Below, piece by piece: positions 10,001 through 18,113 of a DNA stretch of 64,000 nt (within the stretch, counting starts at the first letter, position 1; every line of letters begins with the position of its first letter). The notes below the pieces were generated by a model. That model did not search any database, had not been told where the DNA came from, and saw nothing but the letters and a program-made list of their open reading frames with translations. The stretch comes from an uncultured bacterium (GTDB lineage: Bacteria; Fidelibacterota; Marinisomatia; Marinisomatales; J089): assembly GCA_964535735.1 (NCBI GenBank), contig CAZHTM010000005.1, positions 13,017 through 77,016 of the forward strand, read 5' to 3'. Position numbers and translations under genes: made by a program.

Positions 10001-10136
10001 AGAACTGGTTATGCGGTTGGAAAATTCAGGATACATGACAAATGTGGTCTTAAAAAATTCCCAACCCGTGGAGAATGATTATTTCACCGGATTGCAATTC
10101 GAAATTCAATGTCAGGTAAATGGTTATGAAGGTTAA
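7062..10136 (+). CDS. pilM: PilM-PilN fusion protein with ~450-aa acidic, Pro/Ser/Thr-rich N-terminal extension (1024 aa)
   Basis: aa ~470-830 have actin-like PilM features (IGLDIGSYAIKYV, VIDIGHETTMINV, LCGGTASM). An NLLP motif at 9567-9578 is followed by a TM helix (FRLFLLAAVVSVVSL) and a coiled coil, which equals PilN. The first ~445 aa are Asp/Glu-rich low complexity. TTG start. Confidence 0.8.
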   Translation: MSDFQENATNRLLEILRKQGTKSRKKPKPAEPDPSPKTKSESPESQSTSISSAQVHKDHVIDFLLSDLELEPAVEDSIPEKESVDVPEIPIEPIEEPRDTAPEITIDESPEDDAAELVFQAEQPEQIEPDVASSSPADEDDQELTFIPDDEEGVGPPKFDESSPPSETGEKDDQEDFSLTFRDEQGVEPAVTEGDSETAELPSTEDSELNLELEPSPAPSSLKEEAPATDLSPDSEDSVLESDELFDETLDSADTPPEKDTPVEEVQTSTEAETTPEASEPAPESDSPEGTDDIEFDFEALTESLKANKKQAPPEGSTDFDFSPLESTEPAVIEDTSDAEPESLPDEEPKAEVPTSTSEESPEAEEPDQKQTVEPTDSEEDPFANVDFGGREPISTEEQESDTTTEIPVETEEPEEDVLAEKEEQEEPTPDEEDNFDDFDDDLEESDTVTFFYQKEKKFSVKYLLSKIRPNRSRIGLDIGSYAIKYVLANDISGEISIEDFGYVKIPSNIRGNKKETATFIKNTVRSILSENELKKSKINLLISGSDIGIKNIQMPKVGKKELQEAVRWSTKKHLSFSADESVLDFKVLKETVVDGVPKLDILVVAALESLVEDQISFLSGLKIPSKILPTPLAMWRYYVGHYPTENLQNVMVIDIGHETTMINVIHDQELRFAREIGVSGKDLTEALIGSMTTSRGERVNVEEDQAEFFKIKYGFPLKETENRVTDEDIPLVQLSSRLRSPLEKLANEIQRSIQYYAKEFSFGPIDKIYLCGGTASMMNLVDFLSDYLNMDVQVSDPLRIWTIEKSLSNLELLEDNSTALATPAGISIDISPELNLLPQKYVQETQTRTLKTVFRLFLLAAVVSVVSLSTTVSMKGKTYTSELESLKQRVGQMSSLEKQVVQLQETKKDAQKKVGVLKKMFNEPTFNVQVLRIISNLLPENVSLESLENIGHITSSSQAQIRLVGYIETTKYDANVRLAELVMRLENSGYMTNVVLKNSQPVENDYFTGLQFEIQCQVNGYEG

Positions 10137-10680
10137 TCCACGCCAAATTATCCTCATTGGATTCGCTGCTATTATTTCAGGCCTCGTAGCTTGGTATTTT
10201 TTCATGTATCAGGGACAATTGGATAAAATCAAACAGGTCCAGGCGGAGATTAGTCGACTAAACGGACAGCTTAGCCGAGGAAAGATGTCTATAAACAATT
10301 TGCCAAAATTGAAATCTTCGGTTAATGAATTGGTAATGGAATTCGATTCCCTTTCAATGAAACTGCCCACAAAAGACCAGGTTTCCGCCATGACCAATGA
10401 TATTGTGGAGGCTGCGCTGGCTCAGGATTTAACGATTGATAAAATCCAGCCCTCGATTGACGCCATGCTTAAATCTCCTGATTATTTTGTGAAAGTACCT
10501 ATTGAAATTGTGCTTAGCGGAAGTTTTCTGAAATTTGGGGCTTTTCTGGAATCGCTGTATCAATTGCCTTTCAAAATATATGTCACTGATCTGTCTCTGA
10601 AACGTAAAGCTGACGCCATGTCCATTTCTGCTGAACTTAACGCTTATTTTTATGTTATCAATCCCGGAGGGAAAATTTAA
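10120..10680 (+). CDS. pilO: Type IV pilus assembly protein PilO
   Basis: N-terminal TM helix, a coiled coil, then KLPTKDQVSAMTNDIVEAA...YFVKVPIEIVLSGSFLKFGAFLESLYQLPF, typical of PilO. Confidence 0.75.
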   Translation: MVMKVNPRQIILIGFAAIISGLVAWYFFMYQGQLDKIKQVQAEISRLNGQLSRGKMSINNLPKLKSSVNELVMEFDSLSMKLPTKDQVSAMTNDIVEAALAQDLTIDKIQPSIDAMLKSPDYFVKVPIEIVLSGSFLKFGAFLESLYQLPFKIYVTDLSLKRKADAMSISAELNAYFYVINPGGKI

Positions 10681-10683
10681 GCA

Positions 10684-11214
10684 ATGGCCGAACGATCCAA
10701 ATCCCAGATAATTTTGCTGATCATACTGGTCGTCTCGTTATCCTATCTGGTTTATGACATGATGTTCAATAAAACGCCATCCACGAAAGAACTGATTCAA
10801 AAAATTAATTCGGAAGCTTCTCCTCCACCTCCGCAAACACAACCGGCAACGAATGCTTCGATACCTGCAATACGTCCCAAACAAATTCAACGGGCCAAAA
10901 CTGAAAAAATTCCCTCGTATGCTATGGTATGGGGACGAGATCCTTTTGTGGGATTAATCAGCGAGGTCCCGGCCGGGACAAACGAAGAAGAAAACGTGGT
11001 GGAAGAAGAACCAGTGTATATCGAAGACTATATTTTATCCGCTATCTCTTTCCGCGGGGACCGTCCGGCTGTTTTAATTAATGAATCCATTCTCAAAGTG
11101 GGAGATAAAATTGATGGACTGGTTTTAAAAGAAGTTCGTCCCGCCTCGGTGGTATTAGCATCTGCCAGCGGAAAGGAATATATTCTAAACCTACAAACCA
11201 CGTCGGAACAGTGA
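10684..11214 (+). CDS. PilP-like (GspC HR-domain-like) pilus assembly protein
   Basis: N-terminal TM helix, a Pro-rich linker and a C-terminal beta domain (YILSAISFRGDRPAVLINESILKVGDKIDGLVLKEVRPASVVL). It sits between pilO and the secretin gene. Confidence 0.55.
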   Translation: MAERSKSQIILLIILVVSLSYLVYDMMFNKTPSTKELIQKINSEASPPPPQTQPATNASIPAIRPKQIQRAKTEKIPSYAMVWGRDPFVGLISEVPAGTNEEENVVEEEPVYIEDYILSAISFRGDRPAVLINESILKVGDKIDGLVLKEVRPASVVLASASGKEYILNLQTTSEQ

Positions 11215-12578
11215 AATCATTTGCATCCATTGCCACGTCGATTCTGATGATCTTATGCCTCGGTTTCAGCCAGGACGGCTCATCGTCGCAATCCAAGCCG
11301 ACCACCGCTCGGTCAAAAGAACTGTTGACAATGGATTTTGTCAACGCAGATCTTCAGGGTGTACTACGGCTATTAGCGGAACAGAACAATATCAATTTGG
11401 TCGTCAATGAAAACATTAGCGGTACCGTGACGGTTCATTTCGTTAATGTCACTCTCAAAGGAGCTTTGGATGCCATTTTAAAATCCAATGGATTTGATTA
11501 CATCATTCAGGATAACATTTTAATTGTAAAACCGATTGATACTGAAATGGAAGGAGAAACGGACACCCGTGTTTTTCAGTTGGATTATATTTCAGCCAAT
11601 GATGCTATCGGCCCTCTAGAGGATATCCTGACCCCGAAGGGAGCGATTCAGGTTTTTCAGCGCTCATCTGAATTATCTCAAGGTGGCGATACCGAGTCCT
11701 CCACTCGGGCCGATGAACTGGTAATCACAGATATTCCCTCTAATTTTGATCGAATCGAGTCCTTAATCAAACAACTGGATGTACCGGTTCCTCAAGTGAT
11801 GATTAGCGTAAAGTTTATTGAAACAATTCTATCAGATAATGAAAACATGGGCATCGATTGGACAGCCAAGGCTACCGTGCAAGGTGGTCCGGTACAGGCT
11901 ACTTCAACCGGTTTGGTATCCGCCGGAGGTGCTACTGGAACGGCTGGCACGACGGGTGGAACCACTGGGGGTAGCGCGCTCTCGGGCCTGGGAATTGGTA
12001 AATTTAAGCAACTGAATTTGGCTATATTAACATTTCAGGAGTTTCAGGTTGTCTTGGACTATCTTAAATCTAAAGGAAATTCCAAGATTTTATCGGATCC
12101 CCGAATTACAACGCTGGACAACCATCGGGCTCAATTTACTACTGAGACAGAATTAACCGTAATCGTTCCCACGGTCGCCCAGGGCGCCACGGGAGCTTTG
12201 GCTACTGAGACCGCTGAAAAATACACTATCAAAATTGAATTGGTGGTCCTGCCTCACGTGCATAACAATGGCCAAATCACAATGGTTGTGGAACCGACTG
12301 TGGAAGGCATAACAGGATACTCGGGTCCAAATCTGGACCAACCGATAATTTCCCGACGGAATGCTCAGACGCAAGTCAGAGTTAATAATGGTGAGACAAT
12401 CGCTATGGGTGGTTTGATTAAGGAAGATGTGCGGGAGTTGGAACGCAAAGTACCGTTTTTAGGAAATATTCCGCTAATCGGGAAATTGTTTACATATCGT
12501 TCGAATGAAACCCAAAAAAGCGATTTGTTGATTTTCATTACTCCTCACCTGGTTTATTCAGATAGAAAAACGGAGTAA
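11211..12578 (+). CDS. pilQ: Secretin (PilQ/GspD family), short form with Gly/Thr-rich insert
   Basis: Signal peptide, an N0-like domain (MDFVNADLQGVLRLLAEQNNINLVV) and the C-terminal secretin signature VPFLGNIPLIGKLFTYRSNETQKSDLLIFITPHLV. The GTG start overlaps the upstream stop. Confidence 0.85.
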   Translation: MKSFASIATSILMILCLGFSQDGSSSQSKPTTARSKELLTMDFVNADLQGVLRLLAEQNNINLVVNENISGTVTVHFVNVTLKGALDAILKSNGFDYIIQDNILIVKPIDTEMEGETDTRVFQLDYISANDAIGPLEDILTPKGAIQVFQRSSELSQGGDTESSTRADELVITDIPSNFDRIESLIKQLDVPVPQVMISVKFIETILSDNENMGIDWTAKATVQGGPVQATSTGLVSAGGATGTAGTTGGTTGGSALSGLGIGKFKQLNLAILTFQEFQVVLDYLKSKGNSKILSDPRITTLDNHRAQFTTETELTVIVPTVAQGATGALATETAEKYTIKIELVVLPHVHNNGQITMVVEPTVEGITGYSGPNLDQPIISRRNAQTQVRVNNGETIAMGGLIKEDVRELERKVPFLGNIPLIGKLFTYRSNETQKSDLLIFITPHLVYSDRKTE

Positions 12579-12584
12579 AGACCT

Positions 12585-13691
12585 ATGGCATTGAATCTCA
12601 TTAAACTTCTTACAGCTGTATCCCGGAGCGGTGCTTCTGATTTCCACCTCAGTTCCGGTTATCCTCCGATCATCCGTAAAAATGGTGAAACACGTTGGTT
12701 GGATCAACCCGCCCTAACACCTCAAGAAGCCCACGATGCGATTTATGGGATTCTGACTGAGCGTCAAATCGCCATCTTTGAGGAATTTCATGAAGTCGAT
12801 TTAGGTTGGCATATTAAAGGTGTAGGCCGATTTCGTGTGAATGTATACAGTTTTGCCAATGGAATTGGGGCCGCCTTTCGGGTTATTCCGGATAAAATTT
12901 GGACCCTGGATGATATAAACGCGCCTCCCGCATTACAAAAACTCGCAAAAGCCCGTAAAGGTCTTATTTTGGTCACTGGCGCTACGGGTAGTGGGAAATC
13001 CACAACGCTAGCGGCGATTGTGGATTATATCAACAGTACTCGGCGGGGCCATATTTTAACCATTGAAGACCCAATTGAGTTTGTGCATAAAAGTAAAAAA
13101 TGTTTAATCACTCAGCGGGAAATCGGTACGCATAGCCATTCTTTCGCTAATGCCCTCCGGGCGGCTTTACGGGAAGACCCGGATGTCATTTTGGTTGGTG
13201 AAATGCGTGATCTCGACACCATCTCCCTGGCCTTAACGGCTGCCGAAACCGGGCACCTTGTTCTGGCAACATTGCATACTGGTAGTGCACCGGAAGCCGC
13301 TGACCGGGTCATTGATGTGTTTCCCTCCAGTCAACACAACCAGATTCGAGCGATTTTCTCCAGCACATTGGAAGGCGTAGTAGCCCAAAAACTGGTACGA
13401 ACCAAACACGGTGACGGACGGGTAGCCGCCATGGAAATCATGTTGGGAACCAATAGTATAAAAAACCTGATTCGGGAACGGAAATCACACCAGTTGCGGT
13501 CCGCCATTCAAACGTCCACCGAAGACGGGATGCAGACGAGCGATCAAGCCTTGATCCGATTACTGGACGAAGACGTCATTACTCTTGAAGAAGCCCAAAT
13601 GTATGCTGAAGAACTTCGGCCATTTGAAGAATGGGCCGGAAGTATCCGAAACGTCCTTCATTCCAAACGGAGAGCAAAGTCCACTATATGA
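12585..13691 (+). CDS. pilT: PilT-family retraction ATPase, copy 1
   Basis: GASDFHLSSGYPPIIRKNGE, Walker A GATGSGKST, and the AIRNLIRE-like motif SIKNLIRE. Confidence 0.85.
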   Translation: MALNLIKLLTAVSRSGASDFHLSSGYPPIIRKNGETRWLDQPALTPQEAHDAIYGILTERQIAIFEEFHEVDLGWHIKGVGRFRVNVYSFANGIGAAFRVIPDKIWTLDDINAPPALQKLAKARKGLILVTGATGSGKSTTLAAIVDYINSTRRGHILTIEDPIEFVHKSKKCLITQREIGTHSHSFANALRAALREDPDVILVGEMRDLDTISLALTAAETGHLVLATLHTGSAPEAADRVIDVFPSSQHNQIRAIFSSTLEGVVAQKLVRTKHGDGRVAAMEIMLGTNSIKNLIRERKSHQLRSAIQTSTEDGMQTSDQALIRLLDEDVITLEEAQMYAEELRPFEEWAGSIRNVLHSKRRAKSTI

Positions 13692-14923
13692 TTAAGCTCC
13701 TTCCCATCCTCGTCCTATCCGGGCTATTTGCTTCTAACAACGGCATGCCGGAGGATCGGAATGCCACCATCATTGGTCGCGTCTTTTATGAAACCAAAGG
13801 TAAGGCCTACGTGGTAAAACAATGCACGGTACGGGTTAATGGACCGGAAGAAGTTCTGCTAGATTACACGGATGATGAAGGCCGTTTTGCAATTCCCATT
13901 GAAATTACCAGTGACTTTCAGGCGTATAAGCTTCTATTCAATTTCGAATTCTCTCGCCGGATTACACCGACAAGTATTGCCCGCGCCACTCGCAATGTGA
14001 ATCCTCGGGCAGTGAAAGATTCGGTTTATAACCTGGGCAACATCTACCTAATCGCCAAGAAACCTCCACCCCGTCAATGGACAATATGGGATTTATTGGA
14101 AGATTCGTTGCAAGCCCTTTATTTCCAAAAACAGGCATTGGTCCAAGATTTAGATCAGATGCAGTTAAAACTAAGCGTCCTTCAACAGCGAAATCAAGAT
14201 TACATGAATAAATTGAAGGGACTGGAAGATAAAAATACGGATTACTATGCCCGGATTGAAGAATTGGAGCAACAAAACACCGATTTTGAAGCCGAATTGA
14301 TTCGCCTACGAAAGGATTTGAAGAAGCAAAAAATTTCCGGAAAGTTGTTCGATAATTTTTATCTCAATGAATATTTAAATTTGATCCAAATCCGCGACTC
14401 ACTCCTGGCCATCCTTGATGATAGTGTAGCGGTTATGCATAATCAGCTTCCCAATCTGGATATGATGCTGAAACAGCGTGATTTTTTCTTTTTCCGGTTG
14501 GACCTTTTTGCCAAGCATGTGGGACAGAAAGATACCAATGTTATATCCTATCAGGATTGGATTGATGACCGGGATTCCGTACTTCTAAAGCAATCTTTAC
14601 TACTATATACAACGCCGTTTGGCGAATTACAGCGGGATCTCTATCAGAAACTTACCCTCCAGCGTAATACCATTTTGGATACCCAGGACAGTCTTGTATT
14701 TTATGAATTAGCTGGATATAATGCTTTCCGTTATCATCTGGTAGTTCCCGGTGAACACCTCTGGAATATTGCTACCCAGGCTCCTGAATTGAAGAACCCG
14801 TACAGTTGGCGAATTCTATATTTGGCCAATAAAGACCAAATTGAAAATCCGGATTCCATTTATCCCGGACAAATAATAAAAATTCCGATCAGGAAAGAAT
14901 CTTCGGATATTGAAAAACCATGA
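13688..14923 (+). CDS. Secreted/anchored protein: CarboxypepD_reg-like domain + coiled coil + C-terminal LysM (TsaP/FimV-like role possible)
   Basis: I moved the start to ATG 13688 (ATGA overlap with the pilT stop). Signal/anchor MIKLLPILVLSGLFA; TIIGRVFYE...TDDEGRFAIPIE; a long heptad region; LysM YHLVVPGEHLWNIA...IYPGQIIKIP. Confidence 0.7.
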   Translation: MIKLLPILVLSGLFASNNGMPEDRNATIIGRVFYETKGKAYVVKQCTVRVNGPEEVLLDYTDDEGRFAIPIEITSDFQAYKLLFNFEFSRRITPTSIARATRNVNPRAVKDSVYNLGNIYLIAKKPPPRQWTIWDLLEDSLQALYFQKQALVQDLDQMQLKLSVLQQRNQDYMNKLKGLEDKNTDYYARIEELEQQNTDFEAELIRLRKDLKKQKISGKLFDNFYLNEYLNLIQIRDSLLAILDDSVAVMHNQLPNLDMMLKQRDFFFFRLDLFAKHVGQKDTNVISYQDWIDDRDSVLLKQSLLLYTTPFGELQRDLYQKLTLQRNTILDTQDSLVFYELAGYNAFRYHLVVPGEHLWNIATQAPELKNPYSWRILYLANKDQIENPDSIYPGQIIKIPIRKESSDIEKP

Positions 14924-15195
14924 CATTGACTAAAGAAATGATCTTCTGGGCTGCCGTCATGTTTGTCATGTTCCTGGCATTCTTCCTTAGCTGGCGGTTC
15001 TTTTTCTCTACCGAAGATGACACTTATCGGAGTAGGGTTCGGAAGTGTGCCAATTGTTCAAAATTCCAATCTACCCAATCGTTTTTTGATGGATATTGTC
15101 GGGTGTGGAAACGAAAGGTCATAAAAAAAAGCATTTGCAAACATTACTATCCTAATAATTTCTGGGTATCATTCCTTGAAAAAATGGGTTTCTAA
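14920..15195 (+). CDS. Small membrane protein with Cys-rich (CxxC...C...C) C-terminal region
   Basis: One TM helix, then KCANCSKF...YCRVW...SICKH. Start overlaps the upstream stop. Confidence 0.5.
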   Translation: MTLTKEMIFWAAVMFVMFLAFFLSWRFFFSTEDDTYRSRVRKCANCSKFQSTQSFFDGYCRVWKRKVIKKSICKHYYPNNFWVSFLEKMGF

Positions 15196-15210
15196 TAAAT
15201 TGAGGTTACG

Positions 15211-15576
15211 ATGTCAAAACGTGTCTTAGTCGTTGATGACGATCCCAATATTGTCAATCTTATCCGCGCATTTTTAACCAAAATTGGTTTTGAGGTTTTG
15301 GAAGCCAATGATGGCCTGGATGGTCTTCAAAAAGCCCGATCTGAAAATCCGGATCTGATTATTTTGGACGTGATGCTACCTAAATTGGATGGTTTTAAAT
15401 TCAGTCGCTTACTGAAATTCGATGAATCCCACCGCAATATTCCCATCCTTATGTTAACAGCTAAATCCGATGAAAAAGATGAAAAAATCGGACTAGCGAT
15501 GGGAGCCGATGCTTACCTAACGAAACCATTTAAAAACCAGGAATTAATAGACCAGGTGAAAGCCCTTGTTGCCTGA
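15211..15576 (+). CDS. Stand-alone CheY-like response regulator receiver
   Basis: VLVVDDDPNI, DLIILDVMLPKLDG, ILMLTAK and AYLTKP supply all canonical receiver residues. Confidence 0.85.
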   Translation: MSKRVLVVDDDPNIVNLIRAFLTKIGFEVLEANDGLDGLQKARSENPDLIILDVMLPKLDGFKFSRLLKFDESHRNIPILMLTAKSDEKDEKIGLAMGADAYLTKPFKNQELIDQVKALVA

Positions 15577-16354
15577 TTCACTTTGGATAGTTCTGGCGAT
15601 CATCCTGGGATTGATTGTTGGTTCTTTTCTCAATGTTGTCATTGCTCGTCTTCCTAAGGGCGAGTCCATTGTCTCTCCCCCGTCGCATTGCCCGGCATGT
15701 GAAACACCATTACGTTGGTGGCAAAACATTCCTGTCTTGAGTTTTTTTCTCCTGGGACGAAAGTGTTATTTCTGTCACGAACCCATTTCTTGGCGATACC
15801 CCTTAATTGAAAGTTTAACAGCTATCCTTTTTGGCTTGACGGCTGCACGTTATGGCTTTTCTGTGCAAACTCTTAGCACTTTTATTTTTATTGGCTACCT
15901 AATCCCGATTGCACTTATTGATTACGAACACTTTTTAATCTTCGACGCCATGTCTTATTCAGGAATGGGGTTGGGTCTCATTATAGCAGCGATTCCCCAC
16001 CAATATCCTCTTCTGTTCCCGGCGATTCTGGGAGGTGTAGTAGGGGCCGGCAGTTTATTCGTCATTCGAGGATTAGGAAATCTCCTGTTTCATAAGGAAT
16101 CCATGGGACTGGGAGATATTAAACTGGCAGGATTGATCGGTATTTTTTTAGGGTGGCAACTGACACTGATGAGCTTTTTTTCCGCCGCCGTCTTGATTGT
16201 TTTGGTCTATATAGTAAAAGCCGTGATCCGATCACAACCGCGCCCTGATGAGCGCTATCCTTTCGGATTTTATTTTTCGGTGGTTGCTGCCGGGATGCTA
16301 TTTTGGGGTAACAATCTCCTGGAAATCTATCTAAATTATCTACACATGCGATAA
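15566..16354 (+). CDS. pilD: Prepilin peptidase/N-methyltransferase (A24 family)
   Basis: CPACETPLRWWQNIPVLSFFLLGRKCYFC zinc motif, catalytic Asp contexts LIDYEH and GLGDIKLAG. TTG start. Confidence 0.85.
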   Translation: MLPDSLWIVLAIILGLIVGSFLNVVIARLPKGESIVSPPSHCPACETPLRWWQNIPVLSFFLLGRKCYFCHEPISWRYPLIESLTAILFGLTAARYGFSVQTLSTFIFIGYLIPIALIDYEHFLIFDAMSYSGMGLGLIIAAIPHQYPLLFPAILGGVVGAGSLFVIRGLGNLLFHKESMGLGDIKLAGLIGIFLGWQLTLMSFFSAAVLIVLVYIVKAVIRSQPRPDERYPFGFYFSVVAAGMLFWGNNLLEIYLNYLHMR

Positions 16355-16365
16355 CGTATCACATT

Positions 16366-18018
16366 ATGGCCAAGAAACGAATAGGTGAAATGCTGATTGA
16401 TGCTGGTGTGCTAACACCGGAGCAGTTGCATGAAGGTTTAAAAAAGCAAAAAGAAACTGGCGAACCTCTTGGTAAAGTCATCACCAAACTGGGATTTCTT
16501 ACCGAACATGATTTTATTATCGCCCTGAGTCAGCAACTTGATCTTCCTTATCTTTTTCTCAACAATTATAATTTTGATCCAGAAGTAAAATCGTTAATTC
16601 CGGAAGAATACGCCCGACATAATAAAATTATTCCACTCTTTAAAATTGGCTCAACTCTGATGATCGGTATTTCCGATCCCACCAATATTGACATTTTTGA
16701 TGAATTATCGCGCATGACCAAAATGGAAATTGAGCCCACCCTCTGCGCTGAAAGTGAAATTTTAGAATCTCTGGATGAAATATACGGGACGTCCCGTGAT
16801 ATGGACTCGGTCTTGCAGAAAATACGCACCATGGATCGGGATAAAAAACAACGGCCGGACGAAGAATCCCCCATGATCAAGCTGGTGGAATTGATGTTCG
16901 AACAAGCGGTAAAAATGAAAGCCAGTGACATCCATATTGAGCCGGAAGAATCCCTCCTGAGAGTTCGATACAGAATTGACGGTGTGATGCAAACCGTTTA
17001 TGAACATCCTGCAGATTTACAGGATGAAATCATTTCTCGCGTTAAGGTGATGTCAAATTTAAACATCACTGAAAAACGCACGCCTCAGGATGGTCGATTC
17101 AACATGGTTATTAGCGAAAAACCCTTTGATTTCCGGGTATCTACGCTCCCAACAGTCTATGGAGAAAATGTGGTGATCCGTATTTTGGATCAAAGTAGCA
17201 TTCAAATGAAACTGGCCGATTTGGGTATGGCACCGGAAATGTTAAAGGCGTTTAACCAGGCGCTCCATGAACCGAATGGCATTATTTTGGTCACCGGGCC
17301 TACCGGGTCTGGAAAATCCACAACACTATATGCTTCCCTGAATACTATTAATTCACCGGATAAAAATATCATTACGATTGAGGATCCGGTGGAATATCGG
17401 CTGCCTTTAATCCGGCAATCCAATGTCAATCCTAAGATCGGTCTCTCATTCGCCGCAGGATTGCGCTCCATTCTCCGGCAGGATCCAGATATTATAATGG
17501 TGGGTGAAATTCGTGACTCGGAAACCGCGACCGTTGCTGTGCAGGCGGCTATGACCGGTCACTTGGTTCTCAGTACCTTGCACACCAACGACACTGTCAG
17601 TTCGGCAACTCGGTTAATTGATATGGGTGTGGAACCATTTTTAGTGGCATCTTCTACAAAAGCCATACTGGCTCAACGACTGGTTCGAAAAATCTGTAAT
17701 CGGTGTAAAATGGCCTATGAGCCAGAAAAAGAAATTCTAGAAGAGTTGAATCTGGCCAACATTAAACAAAAAATAAAATTCTATAAAGGTAAGGGATGTA
17801 AAAACTGTCGGCACACCGGTTATAAAGGTCGAGTTGGACTTTATGAGATTTTGCTTATTACCGAAGGGGTACGACGATTAATTGTCGCGAAAGCCGGATA
17901 TGATAACCTTTTAGATAAAGCCTTGGAAGAAGGCCTGATTCAGTTAAAATATGATGGAATTCGAAAAGTTATCCAGGGAATAACCACTCTGGATGAAGTT
18001 TTGAGGGTATCGTCCTGA
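16366..18018 (+). CDS. pilB: Type IV pilus extension ATPase (PilB/MshE type) with N-terminal MshEN-like c-di-GMP-binding motifs
   Basis: Walker A GPTGSGKST and the tetracysteine CNRC...CKNC. The N-terminus has RIGEMLIDAGVLTPEQLHEGLKKQ, a 5-aa spacer, then LGKVITKLGFLTEHDFIIALSQQ. Confidence 0.9.
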   Translation: MAKKRIGEMLIDAGVLTPEQLHEGLKKQKETGEPLGKVITKLGFLTEHDFIIALSQQLDLPYLFLNNYNFDPEVKSLIPEEYARHNKIIPLFKIGSTLMIGISDPTNIDIFDELSRMTKMEIEPTLCAESEILESLDEIYGTSRDMDSVLQKIRTMDRDKKQRPDEESPMIKLVELMFEQAVKMKASDIHIEPEESLLRVRYRIDGVMQTVYEHPADLQDEIISRVKVMSNLNITEKRTPQDGRFNMVISEKPFDFRVSTLPTVYGENVVIRILDQSSIQMKLADLGMAPEMLKAFNQALHEPNGIILVTGPTGSGKSTTLYASLNTINSPDKNIITIEDPVEYRLPLIRQSNVNPKIGLSFAAGLRSILRQDPDIIMVGEIRDSETATVAVQAAMTGHLVLSTLHTNDTVSSATRLIDMGVEPFLVASSTKAILAQRLVRKICNRCKMAYEPEKEILEELNLANIKQKIKFYKGKGCKNCRHTGYKGRVGLYEILLITEGVRRLIVAKAGYDNLLDKALEEGLIQLKYDGIRKVIQGITTLDEVLRVSS

Positions 18019-18113
18019 GTTCCAGTAGGTCTTCAAAATCAGCCGATTCTTCCCCTAAAAATCTGCTGATTGTCGGAAAAGAAATAAAAGCCATTCAGAC
18101 TCTACTTCAGTCT

